From Vicugna vicugna (lineage: Eukaryota), in NCBI GenBank assembly GCA_013265495.1, contig MU058636.1:3087967-3151966 (forward strand): a DNA stretch of 64,000 nt. Reading direction: 5' to 3'. Each line of letters begins with the position of its first letter. Position 1 is the stretch's first letter. The position numbers and the translations under genes were made by a program. This document shows positions 1 through 12,400 of the stretch, one piece after another. Below the pieces are notes generated by a model that was not told the origin of the DNA, did not search any database, and worked only from the letters and a program-made list of their open reading frames with translations.

Positions 1-744
1 AAGAATGAATGACACATCAGTATCCTGATGTGGTCCCCCAGCTGGGGGTGTGGCTGTGGACAGTAAGGTAGGTTTTTGGAAGGGGACGGAGTAGCTCTAT
101 GCTGGTGAGATAAAACAGTACTATGGTTTGCTAAACATCTTCCCAGGTGTCTTTGGCATTTTTTCCTTCTTCTTGGATTCATGGCTTGCCGAGTGTCTTG
201 GTCTGCTCACTTCCCTGTAGATGACTTCTCCAAGGCTCCCGAGGGCTCTGATCACACTGCGCCATCCATCACACCCTCTGCGCAGATACCCGTGGGGGTG
301 CCCTGTTGCGTCTTAGATCTTATTTAAGATCCCGCAGTTTAGGGCAACTCACCCTCTATGCCTTAGGCGGCTGCTTTTTTTTTTTTTTTAACCTTAATCA
401 GACCAGGCTGTGTGCCAGCTCTCAGCTGCCTTCTCAGATTTCTGGGCACTGTGCTTTCTTCCTGGGATGGCCTCTTGCTGCCACCACCCCCAGCCAGCAC
501 TGTCTGTCAGCATCCAGGGCTCATCTTCAAAGCTCAGTTCATCTCCCCTAGGAAGCCTTTAGGAAACCTCTGTCTCCCGTGGTTCCGTCACGCTTTGTAG
601 CGCTGAGACAGCTGTGGTCCTTTGTGTAGGCTTCTTCGCTCCTCTCCTGGAAGGCAGCAACTTGAGGGTCAGGACCGTATCTTGCCCATCTTTGCATTTT
701 CCACACTGCTCGGGCACACGTGGCTCCCATGTATTAGATCACAG

Positions 745-905
745 TGTGTTGGCCTCGGGCAAGTTACTGCATCTCTCTGAGCCTTGTGCCCTTGTCTATA
801 AAATGGGGTAACAACAATGTGTCCTTTGTAGAGATTAGTGTCAAAAGGAAGTGCGTTCAGGCAAGTAAAGTGCTTAGTGCACAGCTTGGCACGTGGTGCA
901 GCTTC
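745..905 (+). mobile_element. MIR SINE fragment (core and 3' part)
   Basis: tgtgttggcctcgggcaagttactgcatctctctgagcct...tctataaaatggggtaacaacaat...aaagtgcttagtgcacagcttggcac matches the MIR core consensus. Confidence 0.8.
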
Positions 906-1031
906 GTTGCTATGACGATCAATATTATATCAATTGTACCTTATTCATTTCATCCTAAAATGGTCTCTGTTTAGTGTTTGGTGTCTCTCCCAACTTCCTC
1001 ATTTAGTGAAGAAAACACTGCTTGCTAGATT

Positions 1032-1215
1032 TTAGTGTTCTTAACCCTACCTGTGTAGCAAAGTCATCCAGGGAGCCTTTAAAAAATGCTGATGCCTAGA
1101 TTCTACCTTCCAAAAACAATGCCTCAGTGGGTGGGGCCCAGCCATCCGTAATTTGTATTCCGCAAGTGCTTCTCGTGGAAAGCCAGGATGGAGAGCCCCT
1201 GAAAACAATCAGAGC
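1032..1215. mobile_element. MER5-like (hAT-Charlie) non-autonomous DNA transposon remnant
   Basis: tagtgttcttaacc...agtcatccagggagcctttaaaaaatgctgatgcctag...gtggggcccag resembles MER5A. Confidence 0.6.
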
Positions 1216-1375
1216 ATTGACCATTGCTATCACATGTCCTTTCAGCCCCCTTTCTAAAGCGAAGAGCTGTAATCTTGGTGGACCCGATCTCCGGACTATC
1301 TCACTAATACCCAAGGACGTACATTTCTCCTCATTCTAGAAATCTACCCCCATTTATTCTCCCTAAGCTCCTGTG

Positions 1376-1390
1376 ATGACTCAGCATTTT
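1376..1390 (-). promoter_or_regulatory. NRF2/BACH-small MAF antioxidant response element (ARE) motif
   Basis: ATGACTCAGCATTTT, i.e. AAAATGCTGAGTCAT on the minus strand: full consensus with AT-rich flank; motif match only. Confidence 0.45.
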
Positions 1391-2434
1391 ACGACTTCTT
1401 CATGTCCCTTTCCATCCCCTTAATAGTCATGTGCTGGCTCAACTTACTGCATAAAATGCTAAGTGATGAGAACATAAGGGAGGAGGATGAACACAGAAAA
1501 TCCTTCCAACGCTCCATTTCTCATTTCTCCTCTCTGATGAGAGGTGGGATCAGTCCCACCAGCCACGAGTGGGCAGAGCCTAGGAGCGGGCACAGGAGGG
1601 CATGGTCTGCCTGCCTGTGCCAGCATGGACAGAGGATGCACGGTCTAGGGGGCTGTTACAGCCACCAGCAGAGGGTAATTGAGGATGGAGAGATGCAGAT
1701 CCCTGCTTCTTGCCCTCTGGCCTATTAAAAACCTTTGTTCATAATTATATGTATAAACCTGCTAGTTCTTACCAGGCATTGAATTTCAATGGGAATTCGG
1801 CCAAAATAAGGACTGGAGAATCAGCCCTACGGTGGCCAACCTGGGAATGCTTAGTCAGTCCTGTCCCGCTGACTCAATTCTCTCTTTGAAGTGCAGGACT
1901 TATGTAACTTTAGGATAAGACTAAACCCAGTGGTTCTATTGCCAAGGTTGGAGGGAAAAAAAGGCTGATTAAATTCGAGACATGGCAGATACTGCCAAAA
2001 GGCAGAGGAAATGTGATCTTTGAGGAGAGAGAGAGAATTGTGTGTGCTTTGGAGATACGGGTATTGGAAAAATGGATTCGGAGAGTAAGATGACTTCTGT
2101 GGAGCAACTCCTTCAAGGAACCCACCCTCTTTCCCTGACCCCATAGACTCTGGTCCCGTCTGGTCTCGGGTGGTTGCTGTCATTTTCCAATAGACCTGGA
2201 ATGTGACTTTAAAATCTGCATGAAAAGGCCCATGAAACGTTGAGGTGATTCTGAGGGCTGGCTCCATTTGTCCCAGAGCCCGGGTTCTGGCTGAGGTAGC
2301 GGACGCAGCCCTCCCGCCCCAGGAGGACTCACATCCCGGGTCAGACTCGGAGCTGACCCACGGCCCCAGAATGCCCTGGGCTTTAGTCCAGACATGTTCA
2401 AGCTTAAAAGTTTAGCTGGATGGGACCTTGGACA

Positions 2435-2550
2435 TAATTTTTACAGGTCAGGAAACTAATGCCTAGAGAGAGGAAGTAAGTTACCTGGATCACATATCAT
2501 GCCTGTGGCAGAGATGGAACCAGCACCGGAACCTTCCAGCAGCCCTGCAT
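2435..2550 (-). mobile_element. MIR fragment
   Basis: ttttacaggtcaggaaactaatgcctagagagaggaagtaagttacctggatcaca is the reverse-complement MIR core. Confidence 0.65.
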
Positions 2551-3124
2551 CTGCTCACTCCCTGCTCCGAGCTGGAGTTCAGTAGGCTGGCATCAGAATG
2601 GCACAAAGGGGCTGGAGAAAGAGATTGTTCCTGGGCCATAACCCCCCTGGTCCTTCAGTTCTAGGGGGACACTTGAAAAGTCTCTCTGGCCACTAATTGC
2701 ACAAATGAAGAAGAGTGCCATTCTTAACGCATGAAGTCACTGGCGCCTGCGCAGATCACCTATGGAAACAAGGTGCTTGTGTTGACTGTCACAAACAAGG
2801 CTCTCCGAGGCTTCGAGCTGCAGCCGAGAAAATGTGAGGAATCTACAAGACATTCTGCAGCTATACTCAGCTCTTCAAACTCAAATATTTGTTCTAGATC
2901 AGGAAATGGCTCAGAGCACGGGCACTATCTCAGCGCGTGATTATGGCACGGGGTGGCCAGCTAGGCGCCCTGGCGTCATTCAGGATGTCTCCAGCCTTAG
3001 CCACTCCCCTCATCAACACCCTTCAACAACAACAGCACCTGAGTCAGAATTAGTCTGAAGCCCTTCCTGGGCTGGGAGCCCAACCCTCGATTTACTCCCT
3101 TTGTCTCCGGAGCCCAGAGCTGCC

Positions 3125-3143
3125 TGGCGCCCCCTGCTGGTGA
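3125..3143 (-). promoter_or_regulatory. CTCF binding motif
   Basis: TGGCGCCCCCTGCTGGTGA (minus: TCACCAGCAGGGGGCGCCA), near-perfect match to the CTCF core. Confidence 0.65.
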
Positions 3144-4310
3144 CCATGCCTTGCTCCTCTTCTGCTGCTTTGTGAGCCTGGACTGCCGTATCCAACAGTG
3201 AGTCAAAGACTTGCTATTTGCTATTTTACAAGAGGCTTCTCTCTCTGTTTAATTAAATACCCAGTGCCTGGTGATACCATGTCTTTTCTGCCACCCTCTA
3301 CCTTCCTCTTACAGGCAGAAGGAAATTCATTTGGGAGTAATTGAGGGTGGATTTTGAAATCCTTCCCCACCTCCTGGGAGCCACTAGGATGGATGAATTC
3401 CTGGCTGGAGGCAGGTGATGTTCCGTGAGCTCCAGGCCATCACCTCTGGGCACATCAGAGCCTTTAGCCAGTGTGCTCAGCACGCAGCTGAGACAGCGGA
3501 GAGGTTTGCCAGCTGTCTCATCAGATGGAATGCAAACACAGAGAGGGAGAGCCCAGCGGGATGGCTACTCCAGCAGGGGTGCAGGGGGAAGGACAGCTGC
3601 CCTCTGTCCAGCAGGGCTCCCTGGCGCCTGTCTTCAGGCAGGAAGAACCTTGAAGCTGCTGGAGCACACATGTACTTCCCCTGGCCACCCCTTCTTCCCT
3701 GTAACTCCTATATCAGGAGCGGGGAAAAAAAGCCTTTTACATCACAATTGAAAAAAAGACTTCTACCTGTCTGATGAAAAAACAGTGACTCTCAAGTCCA
3801 TCTATATTGGAAGTCACTGATTTTTAAATTCTTTACTCAGATTGTTAAGGAAGAAGGATTATTCGGGAGCTGGACAGAAACTCCGGCTGTTTCATAATTG
3901 TGCCTAGGGCTTACCCTTCTTGCATTAAAAAAAAATCTATTTACCACACTAACAGGGTAGATTTCCCCCTCTCCTCCCTGGATCCTGTTATCTTCCTAGC
4001 TATGCCAGGAGGCGTTCTTAATACTACTGCCAAGTGGTCTATTAATCCAGCTTTCCAATGGCACTGCTTAATACTTTGCAAATACTGATGAGCTTTAAGG
4101 AGTCACCTAATCTGCGAGCCAGTGGCGATCTGGTGGTCAAGTCCAAGGCCTCGCTTTTACAGAAAAGGAAGTCAGCACTGCTGATGGAATTTAGAGGCAG
4201 GCAGGGCTGAGACCGTGGTCGGTTTTGCCAGGGTTGGGGGATGGGTTTAGCCCAGGTTTCACAACTCTTTCTTTGGTTCTGTCAGCGACCACTGACAAAA
4301 CCACACCTCC

Positions 4311-5035
4311 AGAAAAGGGAACCCTCGTACACTGTTCGTGGGAATGCAGTTTGGTGCAGTCACTATGAGAAACAGTATGGAGATTCCTTAAAAAACTAAA
4401 AATAGACTTACCGTATGATCCAGCAATCCCACTCCTGGGCATATATTCAGAGAAGATTCCAACTCAAAAAGGTACATGCACCCCAATGTTCATAGCAGCA
4501 CTGTTTACAATAGCCAAAATGTGGAAGAAACCTAAATGTCCATCAACAGATGACTGGATAAAGAAGTTGTGGTATATATACATAAAATGGAATACTACTC
4601 AGCCATAAGAAATAATGAAATAATGCCATTTGCAGAAATGTGGCTGGACCTAGAAATTATCATATGAAGTGAAGTAAGTCAGACAAAGAAAAATATCGTA
4701 TGATATTACTTATATATGAAATCCAGAAAAACAGCACAAATGAACTTATTTATAAAACAGAAAGAGACTCAGATATAAAAACAAACTTATGGTTACCAAA
4801 GGGGAAAGTGGTGGGGAGGGATAAATTAGAAATTTGGGATTAACAGATATAAACAGATACATAAAATAGATAAACAACAAGGTTCGTCTGTACAGCACAG
4901 GGAGCTCTGTTCAATAGCTTATAATAACCTATAATGAAAAAGAATACATATGTATAACTGAACCACTATGTTGTTTACCAGAAACTAACACAGTATTGTA
5001 AATCAACTATACTTCAGTTAAAAAACCAAAACCAG
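4311..5035 (+). mobile_element. 5'-truncated LINE-1 (ORF2 C-terminus, 3'UTR, A-tail)
   Basis: Translates as [44 protein letters not shown] (L1 ORF2 C-terminal region with an in-frame stop); 3'UTR ends aatcaactatacttcag+A-rich; degenerate TSD aaaaccacacctc (4297) / aaaactacagctc (5036). Confidence 0.95.
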
Positions 5036-6390
5036 AAAACTACAGCTCTATATTCTGCTCTCTCTCAGGCGTCTAGCTTCTGATACAGGAATAGCCAAAA
5101 TACTTCCTTTCGAGCTTTCTGTGTAATGGAAACCTTACTCCACTAATTAGGACTCAGCTCTCTGGAATTCCTCAATCTCTGGCACTAATTAAACATAGAG
5201 AGCATTTTTCTCTCCATAAAGCAGGAGAACTGGGGTAATATAGATGAGAAAGGTGACCTTCTCTGACTGTCAGACGATAAAAACCCGACAGGGCAGGTTT
5301 CAGGCTAGAGCTAACTGCTGTCCTTGTGTTCTGACTGTGGAGAGAGAGAGAGAGACCTGGGCATGAGGGTTTGATTATGCTCTCATCCCTTCTCCCGGGG
5401 CCAGGATGTGGATTCTGTTTTAGAAAGCGTGCATTGCGTTGGTGGATGATTCTGGAGGAAGAGACTAGAGGGAACGTGTGAACACACACAGGCACACACA
5501 CGCCTGTGGTTGCCATGGGCCTGGTGTTTGTTCTCACTGGCTGGCTCAGCAGAAAATTCGGCTGAGTTGCAAGACTGTGTTGTGAGGGTGGGCGTTGTAA
5601 AGAGCAAATACATTTTTCAGGTTCAGGAAAACACGAGAGAGGGAGAGCCAAGGGAGGGAGAGAGAAACGACTTTTTTTTTTTTTTTTTTTTTAGTAATAA
5701 CTTTTAAAGTCAGAGCTGAGTTTCACCTGTTAACCTTGGGGATGTTGATTCACCCTGCTGGCCCTCAACGCCCAGTGCCCGAGGTGAACCCAGCTCCACC
5801 CTGGAGGCGCACCCTCAGCCGGCAGCTGTGACGTAAATTTTTGTTTTCAACACATGTACTGAATATGCCAGGGCTGACCCAGCGTGATTGGGTTGAGAGC
5901 AAAAATCTCCAACCTGACAGTCTCATCATATTGGGAACGTTTAGAAGAGCCATAACCCAGGGCTGGTTCATAATCGTTGCACTCACTTCACATGCTCATA
6001 GTCAGTACATGCAGCTGTGGAAAATGGGACCCATTCCGGAGGTCACTGAGGGTCCTTAGATCGGGTAGGAGGAGGAAGTAAAGTCAGTGCTTGCTTCAAA
6101 TGTTTCAAAATTTCCTTAGATTTCAGAGCAACTTAAATCCCCAAAGTGTAACCAAGGACATTGCTGTTAGGAAATGGCTTTGTTAAATGAATTTGATGTT
6201 GGCCAATTTAAACAGAATGACAGAGTGCATTCACAAGCTGCAGAAGCACAGGCGGAATTAGATTGGATTATTCTGACAAATGCTGAGAGAAAAAGAATAC
6301 GATTTTATTGTGAAACTAGAGCTGTATAAATCAGGCAGGTATTAAAAGATTTAGGAAAAGATGGTACTTTTTAGGAACAGAGTTCTATGA

Positions 6391-6678
6391 ACAACTCCCA
6401 GACATAGAAAACAAACCTGTGGTTACCAGGGGGAAACCGGGGGAGGGTAGAGGGATAAATTGGGAGTTTGGGATTAGCAGATACTAACTACTGTGTATAA
6501 AATAGATAAACAGTAAGGTCCTACTGTACAGCACAGGGAGCTATATTCAATAGCTTGTAATAGCCTATAATAAAAAAGAATATGAAAAGGAATATATATA
6601 TATATGTATAACTGAATCACTATGCTGTACACCAGAAACTAGCACATTGTAAATCAACTATACTTCAATTTTAAAAAA
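6391..6678 (+). mobile_element. LINE-1 3'UTR fragment, same family as 4311-5035
   Basis: cagacatagaaaacaaacctgtggttaccagggggaa...gcacagggagctatattcaatagcttgtaatagcctataa...aaatcaactatacttcaattttaaaaaa; short agttct duplication on both flanks. Confidence 0.92.
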
Positions 6679-8030
6679 GTTCTCTTTTAGTATAATCCCT
6701 GTAAAATAGCTACCACTTAGTTACTAAACTCATTTTCTTTTAGCCAGCTGTCCCCGCAATGCTTTAAAATCACAAGTTGATGAATGAAAATGGGGGGAGG
6801 GAATTGGAGCCTAATATTTCTGAACTTTCATGGGTTTTTCTCCTTCAAGAATTAAGAATATTGTTCACCTTTCTGGGAATTGGAGTTGTGCTGAGAATTT
6901 GCTCACAGTGAAAAGTGGCGAGTATTCCCATCACCCCTGTGTCACAGACACGGCAGCCCAGACCTGACCAGGGGAACCCAAATACAGATCCCAGCAAAGG
7001 ATGGACCGTGAATGCAGGGGGTGGGGCAGGGCAGGGAAATGGGAACGAGGTTTTGGGAAAAACTGCCTAGATTTTATCCCTATATTTCTTCATGTATTCA
7101 ATTCAGTCTATTAAAAAGGAGCTCTAAAACTGAATCTTTTTCATAAAGAAGCTGATTTTTTTTTAAATTTCCAAAGCTATTTTTCTAACCTGATACAACC
7201 AGAAACCTTGTTCAATCAGAGATGCTGAGTTTGCCTGGGGTGACAAGACTGGGAAGCATTAGTACCACTTTGCACCTGCCAGAAGACTGATTTCCGTCCT
7301 ATAATACTATTTTTCATGTTCCTAAGACAGATGCACTCAGCCCAGCTGGCCAGGAGGAAGTGGGGAAGGGAAGGGTGAAGTCCGGACAGGGGAGAGACGC
7401 TCAGGCATGCTACCTCTGTCTTAGCCTGGCTTCCCTGGAAAGCAGTGCCCGAGGCAAAAGCCCGTGCCACCCCTCCACTGGGGCCCGCCATCCCAAAGCG
7501 AGAAGAGGCAGGGAACTGGGGAAAGAGGCAGGGAACGGGGTGTGGGGGGAGGGGGGAGGCAAACAGAGGATGTCTAAGGGGGCTGGCCCTGCTTGTTGTC
7601 AATGGAAACGACTGCGTCTCAGGACAGTCTTTCTATGGGGAGGAGAGGAGGCGGGTTTGTCCATCTGCTCTCCTCTTCCACTGGTCAAAGCTTTGCACCA
7701 CAGGCAGCAACGCCCCTGACTTTTGTGAACGTGTGGACACTGATCCCTTGGTGTCTCAGGACAGAGTTACAGGAAAGCCCCATGCTGGAGCTGAGGTCCT
7801 AGGAATGTCTGGGATAGGAGACTTGCTCAGGCTCTTGAGAAGCTGGTCACAGCCCATGCAGAGCTGGTCAGCACAGCAGTGGCTGGAACAGAAAAAGTGG
7901 CCAAAGATCTTAAAGTTGTGAGGAGAGAATCTGATGCATGGTGTCTGGTCTAGCCCTCTCCCTAGATTTTTCTTTGAAACATGGCATCTTCAGTCGTTGA
8001 GTAAGCTACGGGGATTCAGGGGATCTGGGC

Positions 8031-8490
8031 TGTCTGACTGCTTATAGTTTCCCCAATGTCTGTTTTCCTCTTGGAAGTAACAGAGCCTCCAGGTTTCCCA
8101 GCCTCCCTTGCAGATAAGTGTGATCTTGTGACTTAGCTCTGACTCATGGGATGTGTGTGCAACTTCTAGTAGGTGTCCTTAAATGAACGGGGCGTGTGCT
8201 TCTTTGTCTTTTCCTTCTTGCTAGCAGTTGGAATTCAGATGTGAGGGGTGGCACTCCAACAGCCATTTTGGACTGTGAGATGACCTTGAGAACAGAAGCT
8301 GCCCTTAGGCAAGCAACAATCTTAAGGGACCTGGGTTTCTGTCTCCACAGAATCACAAACCACCCCTGAACTGCTTACTTCTAGACTTTTTTTTTTTTAA
8401 CAATAGAGAGATGTAAACATTTGTCTTACTTAAGCCTCCGTTATTTGGAGGATTTTTCTATTCCTTTGGCCAAACAATTCTAAATGGTAT
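8031..8490 (+). mobile_element. ERVL-MaLR LTR, MLT1I/J-like
   Basis: agtaacagagcc...tttcccagcctcccttgcag...gtgacttagctctgac...cagccattttggactgtgag...taagcctccgttatttgg are typical MLT1J-type blocks. Confidence 0.75.
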
Positions 8491-8859
8491 GGCACCCAAA
8501 GCAAGGATAGCAGTGGAAGAGAAGCATCTGTATCCACTTTAAGAAATGGCTCTCTCTTGCCTGTGTCCACCACCCTTGCCTTCTCACACCTGTGATGAGC
8601 CTGCCTGTGTCATAAGTAGTAATCACTACCTCTACTCTGAGTCAGGCACTGTTAGGCACATTGCATCTGCTGTCTCATAGAACACTCACAGTGCCTCCAT
8701 GAAGTATGTACAACGATGCCACAATGGCCATTTTCCATAACTGGCCATCTTGCCCCTCCATCTTGCCCCTCACCAATCCGCTCTCTAAATAGCAGCCTGA
8801 TTGATTCTTGCTTATCACTTTTCTCATAGCATCCCTCTGCTGAGCATCCTTCTATGGAG

Positions 8860-9420
8860 TTGCAGTTGTCCCATGCCATATAACAAGTCACTCCAAAACA
8901 CAGTGGCTTAAAAAAACCGATAAAGCTTGCTGTTTCTGTTGATCAGACATTCAGGAAGGTCTCAGCCTGGCAGTTCTCACTTGCTTGGGGTGTGGAGGTC
9001 TCTCATGTGGCTGCAGTCATACATCGGCTGGGGCTGCAGTCATCTGAAGGCTGGACCAGCCTGCCCCTCAGTGGGCCAGCTCATGTACTGGGGAAACTGG
9101 CGGTAGCTGTCCCCGGGGACTTACTCCTCTCCACCTGCGCTTCCCTGCACGGCTGCTGAGTGTCCTCAGGGTGTGCAGGTTGGCCTCCCATGGAGGGAGC
9201 CACCCCAGGCACTGAGATAGAAGCTGCATTGCCTTTTCTGCTCTAGCCTTGGGGGTCTCACCCCACTTCCACCATATTCTAGTGGCTGAGGAAGTTGCAG
9301 ATATTTGCACCTTCTGCCCAGGTTCAAGGAGAGAGAACACAGATGCCACCTCTGCATGAAGTAGCATCAGTGATCAGTCGTGGAGTGGGGTATGTATTGG
9401 TGTAGCCATCTCTGGGACAC
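8860..9420 (-). mobile_element. ERVL-MaLR LTR, MLT1H/F-like
   Basis: ataacaagtcactccaaaacacagtggcttaaaa...tctcatgtggctgcagtca...ggctggggctgcagtcatctgaaggctggac is the MLT1 reverse-strand signature. Confidence 0.75.
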
Positions 9421-12400
9421 TCGAAGTCCGTGTCTTCAGCCGTGGAAGCAACCTCTGCCCACGAGGGACATGCCGCACCCAAAGCCCGTTCTGGCTGGCG
9501 TTGTGTTCTGCCATTCCTGCTTTTGCTGAGCAGCAAGGACTCTTGCCACCTCCACGGCGTCTTCTGCAGAGGAGTGCCGCGTGTCAGCGATCATAGAATG
9601 CAAAGGAAGCAATTGATTTTGAGCTTCTAACATATGATGTGGTTTGTTCTTTCTGAGAAGATAGATCCTGCGCTGGTGCCCAAGAGCCCCTTCCCCTCAG
9701 AGGCCCCCTCGCCCCACAGCCGTGTCGCTCTCACCTCAGGACTGGCTCTGTCTGGCCGCTTCCCTGAATTGGAGACTCCAGTCGGGCAGTCCACGTTATA
9801 AAAGGGATGGAGTCTGGACTAACCTCTTTACGCAAAGTTCTGTCGCACTTTCTCTGGGATCCCATCCCATCTCCCGACTCAGCCAAAGTGTGGATTAGGG
9901 TGGAAATGTCTCTCCCAGCATTGAGGGACCATGGCGACGCAAAGGTGACCACAGTGCAGATGGTGGGTCTGGGTTTACTTTGAGATGGATGTGTGAGTGT
10001 TAAAGCCGTGTTTCCAGTGTGTCTGGGCACAGGGACGTCTGTGTGAGCAGAGGAGTGTTCCTGTACCAGGGAGAGAGGACGTCTCTCCGATGGCTCAGGA
10101 AGGGGCGAGTCTGATGAAAACCTCAGGGGAGCAGCCCTGGTCCTTTTCAGCCTCTTTGGAGCCCTCGGCCACGGCCACCTGGGCCTCAGTCTCTCCTGCT
10201 GTCAGCCTGAGAGCATAATACTTGACACGTTCCTTCCACCCCAGGGGTGTTATGCCAATGAATGTTTGCAGAGTGCACAGGGGTCCTCTGATAAAAGGTG
10301 TACCCTGAGTACAAAGTATTATTGTTGAGTATGACACAATGCAGCTAAAAATAGGGACGTGCCACTGGGCTGGAGGGCAGAATGTCTCTTCAGTGTGTGC
10401 CTGGGAGGAACAAGTGGCCCAGTGGCGGGACACCACGCAGTGGCCAAGAGCTGATGTGCAGCCGAGGGGCCCCAGAGCAGGTGAGGAGAGAAAGGGAGAG
10501 GAGGCCCTTGGCCGGGGCCCCGGGTGGGGTAGCCCCAGTGACCGGATGACAGGCAAGGAGGCTTGAGCCAGTGAGGCTGGAGTCTGGCCGTGAAGCTCAC
10601 ATGCCCACAGTTGCCACCAGCCTGACCAGGGATGGAGCAGGGAGAGTAAATGCTGCAGATTACAGCACATCTGCCGAGCTCAGCAGCATGGCAAAGCACG
10701 GGGGACAGAGCAGGGTGCTGGCAGTGCCCCATTTGCAGGTGCCACTCAAGGCCAGAAGGCAGGAGTGTCCTTTGGGGCTTTTTCACAAAACCCCAGAATA
10801 GGTTGTGGCGTCTGTGTTCCCACTCCATCACTTTGGACACAGAGCAGTGAGAACAGAGATTCCCCACCCGGGGCTCTGTGGTCCCCAAACCACTGGTCAA
10901 AAGCGTCCTGTTCTTCCGCTTAGCGTGAGCATGTGCAGCCACCCCTGCTCTCTGTCTGCTCCCTCTTTCTGCCCGCAGCTGATTCTATAGGCGTTTGGAG
11001 GTGTCAGCTCGGAAGTGCTACAGTGAAACCAGGCTTTCCACGCCGGGTTTTCTCATAGTCGTGTGGACGCACGAGTCCCGCAGCAGTTTTCCAACAACTG
11101 GCTAATGAGCTGTCATCTGAGCGTGTGGGCTGGACCTCGGCGCAGCCGGCGGAGACGCGGAGCAGATGCTGCCTGGGAACCGCCTGTTCAGGGAGCTGGT
11201 CACGGTTCCCCTCCAGCAGCCTCCCTGTGGAGGGAAGCCCCGGGTGGGGGTGGTGAAGCTCAGGAAAGTGGGGACAGCCTCCTGGCCAGGAGCAAAGCCG
11301 TGGGGTGGGTGGGGGGCACCAGGAAAGGCGGGAGGGGCCAGGCAGCCTCCGGCCCAGGCTGAGCTCCCTGGCCCGGTTAAGGTTAAGTTGTGGCGGGGAG
11401 GACTTGGGAACTTCCCTCAGCAGCTTCCCAGCCCTGTGAAACATCCCCACCAGAAAGCAGAAGGCTCTGGTTGGTACTAAGCTTAAGTACCTGGGTGCTG
11501 GCTTGGCTTTCTCCAACACTGTGCTCAGGGTGTCAGAAGTTGCTCTGAGCCAGGAAGCGAACCTTTCAGGGCTGGCCAGTTCTCTCAGGCCAGGGTCAGT
11601 GGTCTGGCTTTAATGGACCTCCAAAAAGAAAAGGAGAGGGAGGGCTCCGCTTCTCAGAAGAATAAGATGATACCAGTGACTGGTGCCCAGCTCCTCACCC
11701 CTAAGAGCCTGGTCCACTCGTGGGCTCTGGGATAAAAGCATCAAGGGGTGACCAGAGGCAGCTGCAGGGGCTGAAGTAGGGAGCTGGGGTCCCCCAAACC
11801 CAGCTGAGAGGCTCAATGGAGCATTCATGACGTCCTGCTCCTCTGTCCTCACCAGCCCCTTCCTGGAGTGTCCGGGTCCTGGTGGCAAAGATGCTGGACC
11901 CGGGGCCTAGAACCAGGCCGGAGCACGGAATGCTCAGTGCACATCTGAATGCATGAGTGAATCTGACATCTTCTCGCTTCTTTCACTCTCATGGACCCTG
12001 AAGGCCCCCCGACGATCTGCTCCAGAACCTCCCCTGCTCACTGTCATTCTCTCCTCCCCTTAGCCCTTTTGCCACCCTCTGTCCCCCTGCTAATTCATTA
12101 TTCGTCTCTAACCATCAGAGCTAGCGCTGCCCTTACATGCTTGCTCGAGGCAAACCTGCTAACAAGGCCGAGCTCAAATAAAACATCTAAGTGTAGCTTT
12201 CCTGCTCTTTCCTCTGCCCTCCCCACCACTCAAAACTGTCACCAGGGATATTTCCAAGCATACGAGAAACTAGACAGCCTGGGGTGGTGACTCTGCCCCC
12301 ATCTCGTTTCTCCTCTCCTCTGCCCTTTTTGTTTGAGGGAGCAGTTAATCCCCTGAGTTTCCGAGTCTAGTGGGAAAGCCTCCCTTCCCTCCATTTCCTC

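Noticed and set aside
4191..4442. [27 protein letters not shown]...
   Set aside because: Antisense translation of L1 ORF2 sequence, a common false gene call; ORFs 24281-24562, 35534-35839 and 45660-45911 are likewise L1-derived
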